This document shows, piece by piece, positions 21,346 through 22,053 of a stretch of 22,053 nt of DNA. The stretch spans positions 1-22,053 of the forward strand of contig NW_021836987.1 in NCBI RefSeq assembly GCF_006345805.1. The letters are read 5' to 3'. The notes beneath the pieces are model-generated. The model was not told the DNA's origin and made no database searches. It saw only the letters and a list, made by a program, of their open reading frames with translations. The DNA comes from Octopus sinensis. Taxonomy: Eukaryota. How positions within the stretch are numbered: the stretch's first letter is position 1; every line of letters starts with the position of its first letter. The translations under genes and the position numbers were made by a program.

Positions 21346-21741
21346 GTGGAGGCGCAATGGCCCAGTGGTTAGGGCAGCGAACTCGCGGTCGTAGGATCGC
21401 GGTTTCGATTCCCAGACCGGGCGTTGAGAGTGTTTATTGAGCGAAAACCCTAAAAGATCCACGAGGCTCCGGCAGGGATGGTGGTGATCCCTGCTGTACT
21501 CTTTCACACCACAACTTCTCTCACTCTTACTTCCTGTTTCTGTTGTAACCTGTATTTCAAAGGTCGGCCTTGTCACTCACTGTGTCACGCTGAATATCCC
21601 CGAGAACTACTTTAAGGGTACACGTGTCTGTGGAGTGCTCAGCCACTTATACGTTAATTTCACGAGCAGGCTGTTCCATTGATCGGATCAACCGGAACCC
21701 TCGTCGTCGTAACCGACGGAGTGCTTCCAAAAAAAAAAAAA
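21346..21741 (+). mobile_element. Full-length SINE family B with A-tail, flanked by ~135-bp direct repeats
   Basis: A box TGGCCCAGTGG and tail GAGTGCTTCCA(A)n. The flanks 21210-21345 and 21739-21871 are near identical. Confidence 0.93.
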
Positions 21742-21994
21742 CCGTCTAACTGTCAGTTTGTGACCCGCTTTTTTTCATTTTTTTCAGTATTTCACTTTCT
21801 CTTTCTGTCTTCTTTCTTCCGTTCTTTCCTTTCTTCTGTCTCTATCACATTCTTATTTCCACTCTCTCCCCACATCTGTCTCTTCTATCTCTGTTTCTTT
21901 CTCTTTCTTCTCGCTCTCTCTCTCTCTTTCGCCATATCTTTGAATATATGTCGGTTTGTGCGTGGGTTTATGTTTTATATGTTTTATGTTTTCC

Positions 21995-22034
21995 AGTTTC
22001 AGCTCTTGAGCTGTGGCCATGCTGGGGCACCGCC
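21995..22034 (-). mobile_element. Family D-like 3' tail fragment
   Basis: gtttcagc...gctgtggccatgctggggcaccgcc resembles 8368-8405 and 19320-19357. Confidence 0.55.
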
Positions 22035-22053
22035 ATACACAGTGTGTATATAT

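Noticed and set aside
10971-21576. Recurrent ORFs such as MFIERKHLKLHEAP.../MVVIPAVLFHHNFLS... (10971, 16999, 17066, 21319)
   Set aside because: They recur only because they lie in copies of non-coding SINE B, and frames are not preserved between copies.

Overview
This is eukaryotic, not prokaryotic, DNA: AT-rich, full of microsatellites, and apparently intronic or intergenic. The repeat landscape looks like a coleoid cephalopod, probably octopus (recognised from memory, not searched). Nearly all ORFs in the supplied track are translations of microsatellites or SINEs. The window holds many tRNA-headed SINEs in about five modular families (my labels A-E), several of them nested with visible target-site duplications (TSDs). 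It also holds a decayed Penelope-like element (PLE, Neptune-type Cys linker plus GIY-YIG endonuclease) with a twin-priming-like 5' inversion, and the 3' end of an RTE-clade LINE with a self-derived insert. A Tc1/mariner-type MITE and one or two possible small minus-strand host exons are also present. The most interesting signals are: two minimal type I hammerhead ribozyme motifs in non-coding repeats, one of them in a palindromic tRNA-head/(AAT)n/hammerhead composite; a SINE flanked by a ~135-bp direct repeat; two SINE-B insertions converging on the same site in the SINE-A tail; and a nascent chimeric SINE-derived tandem array.
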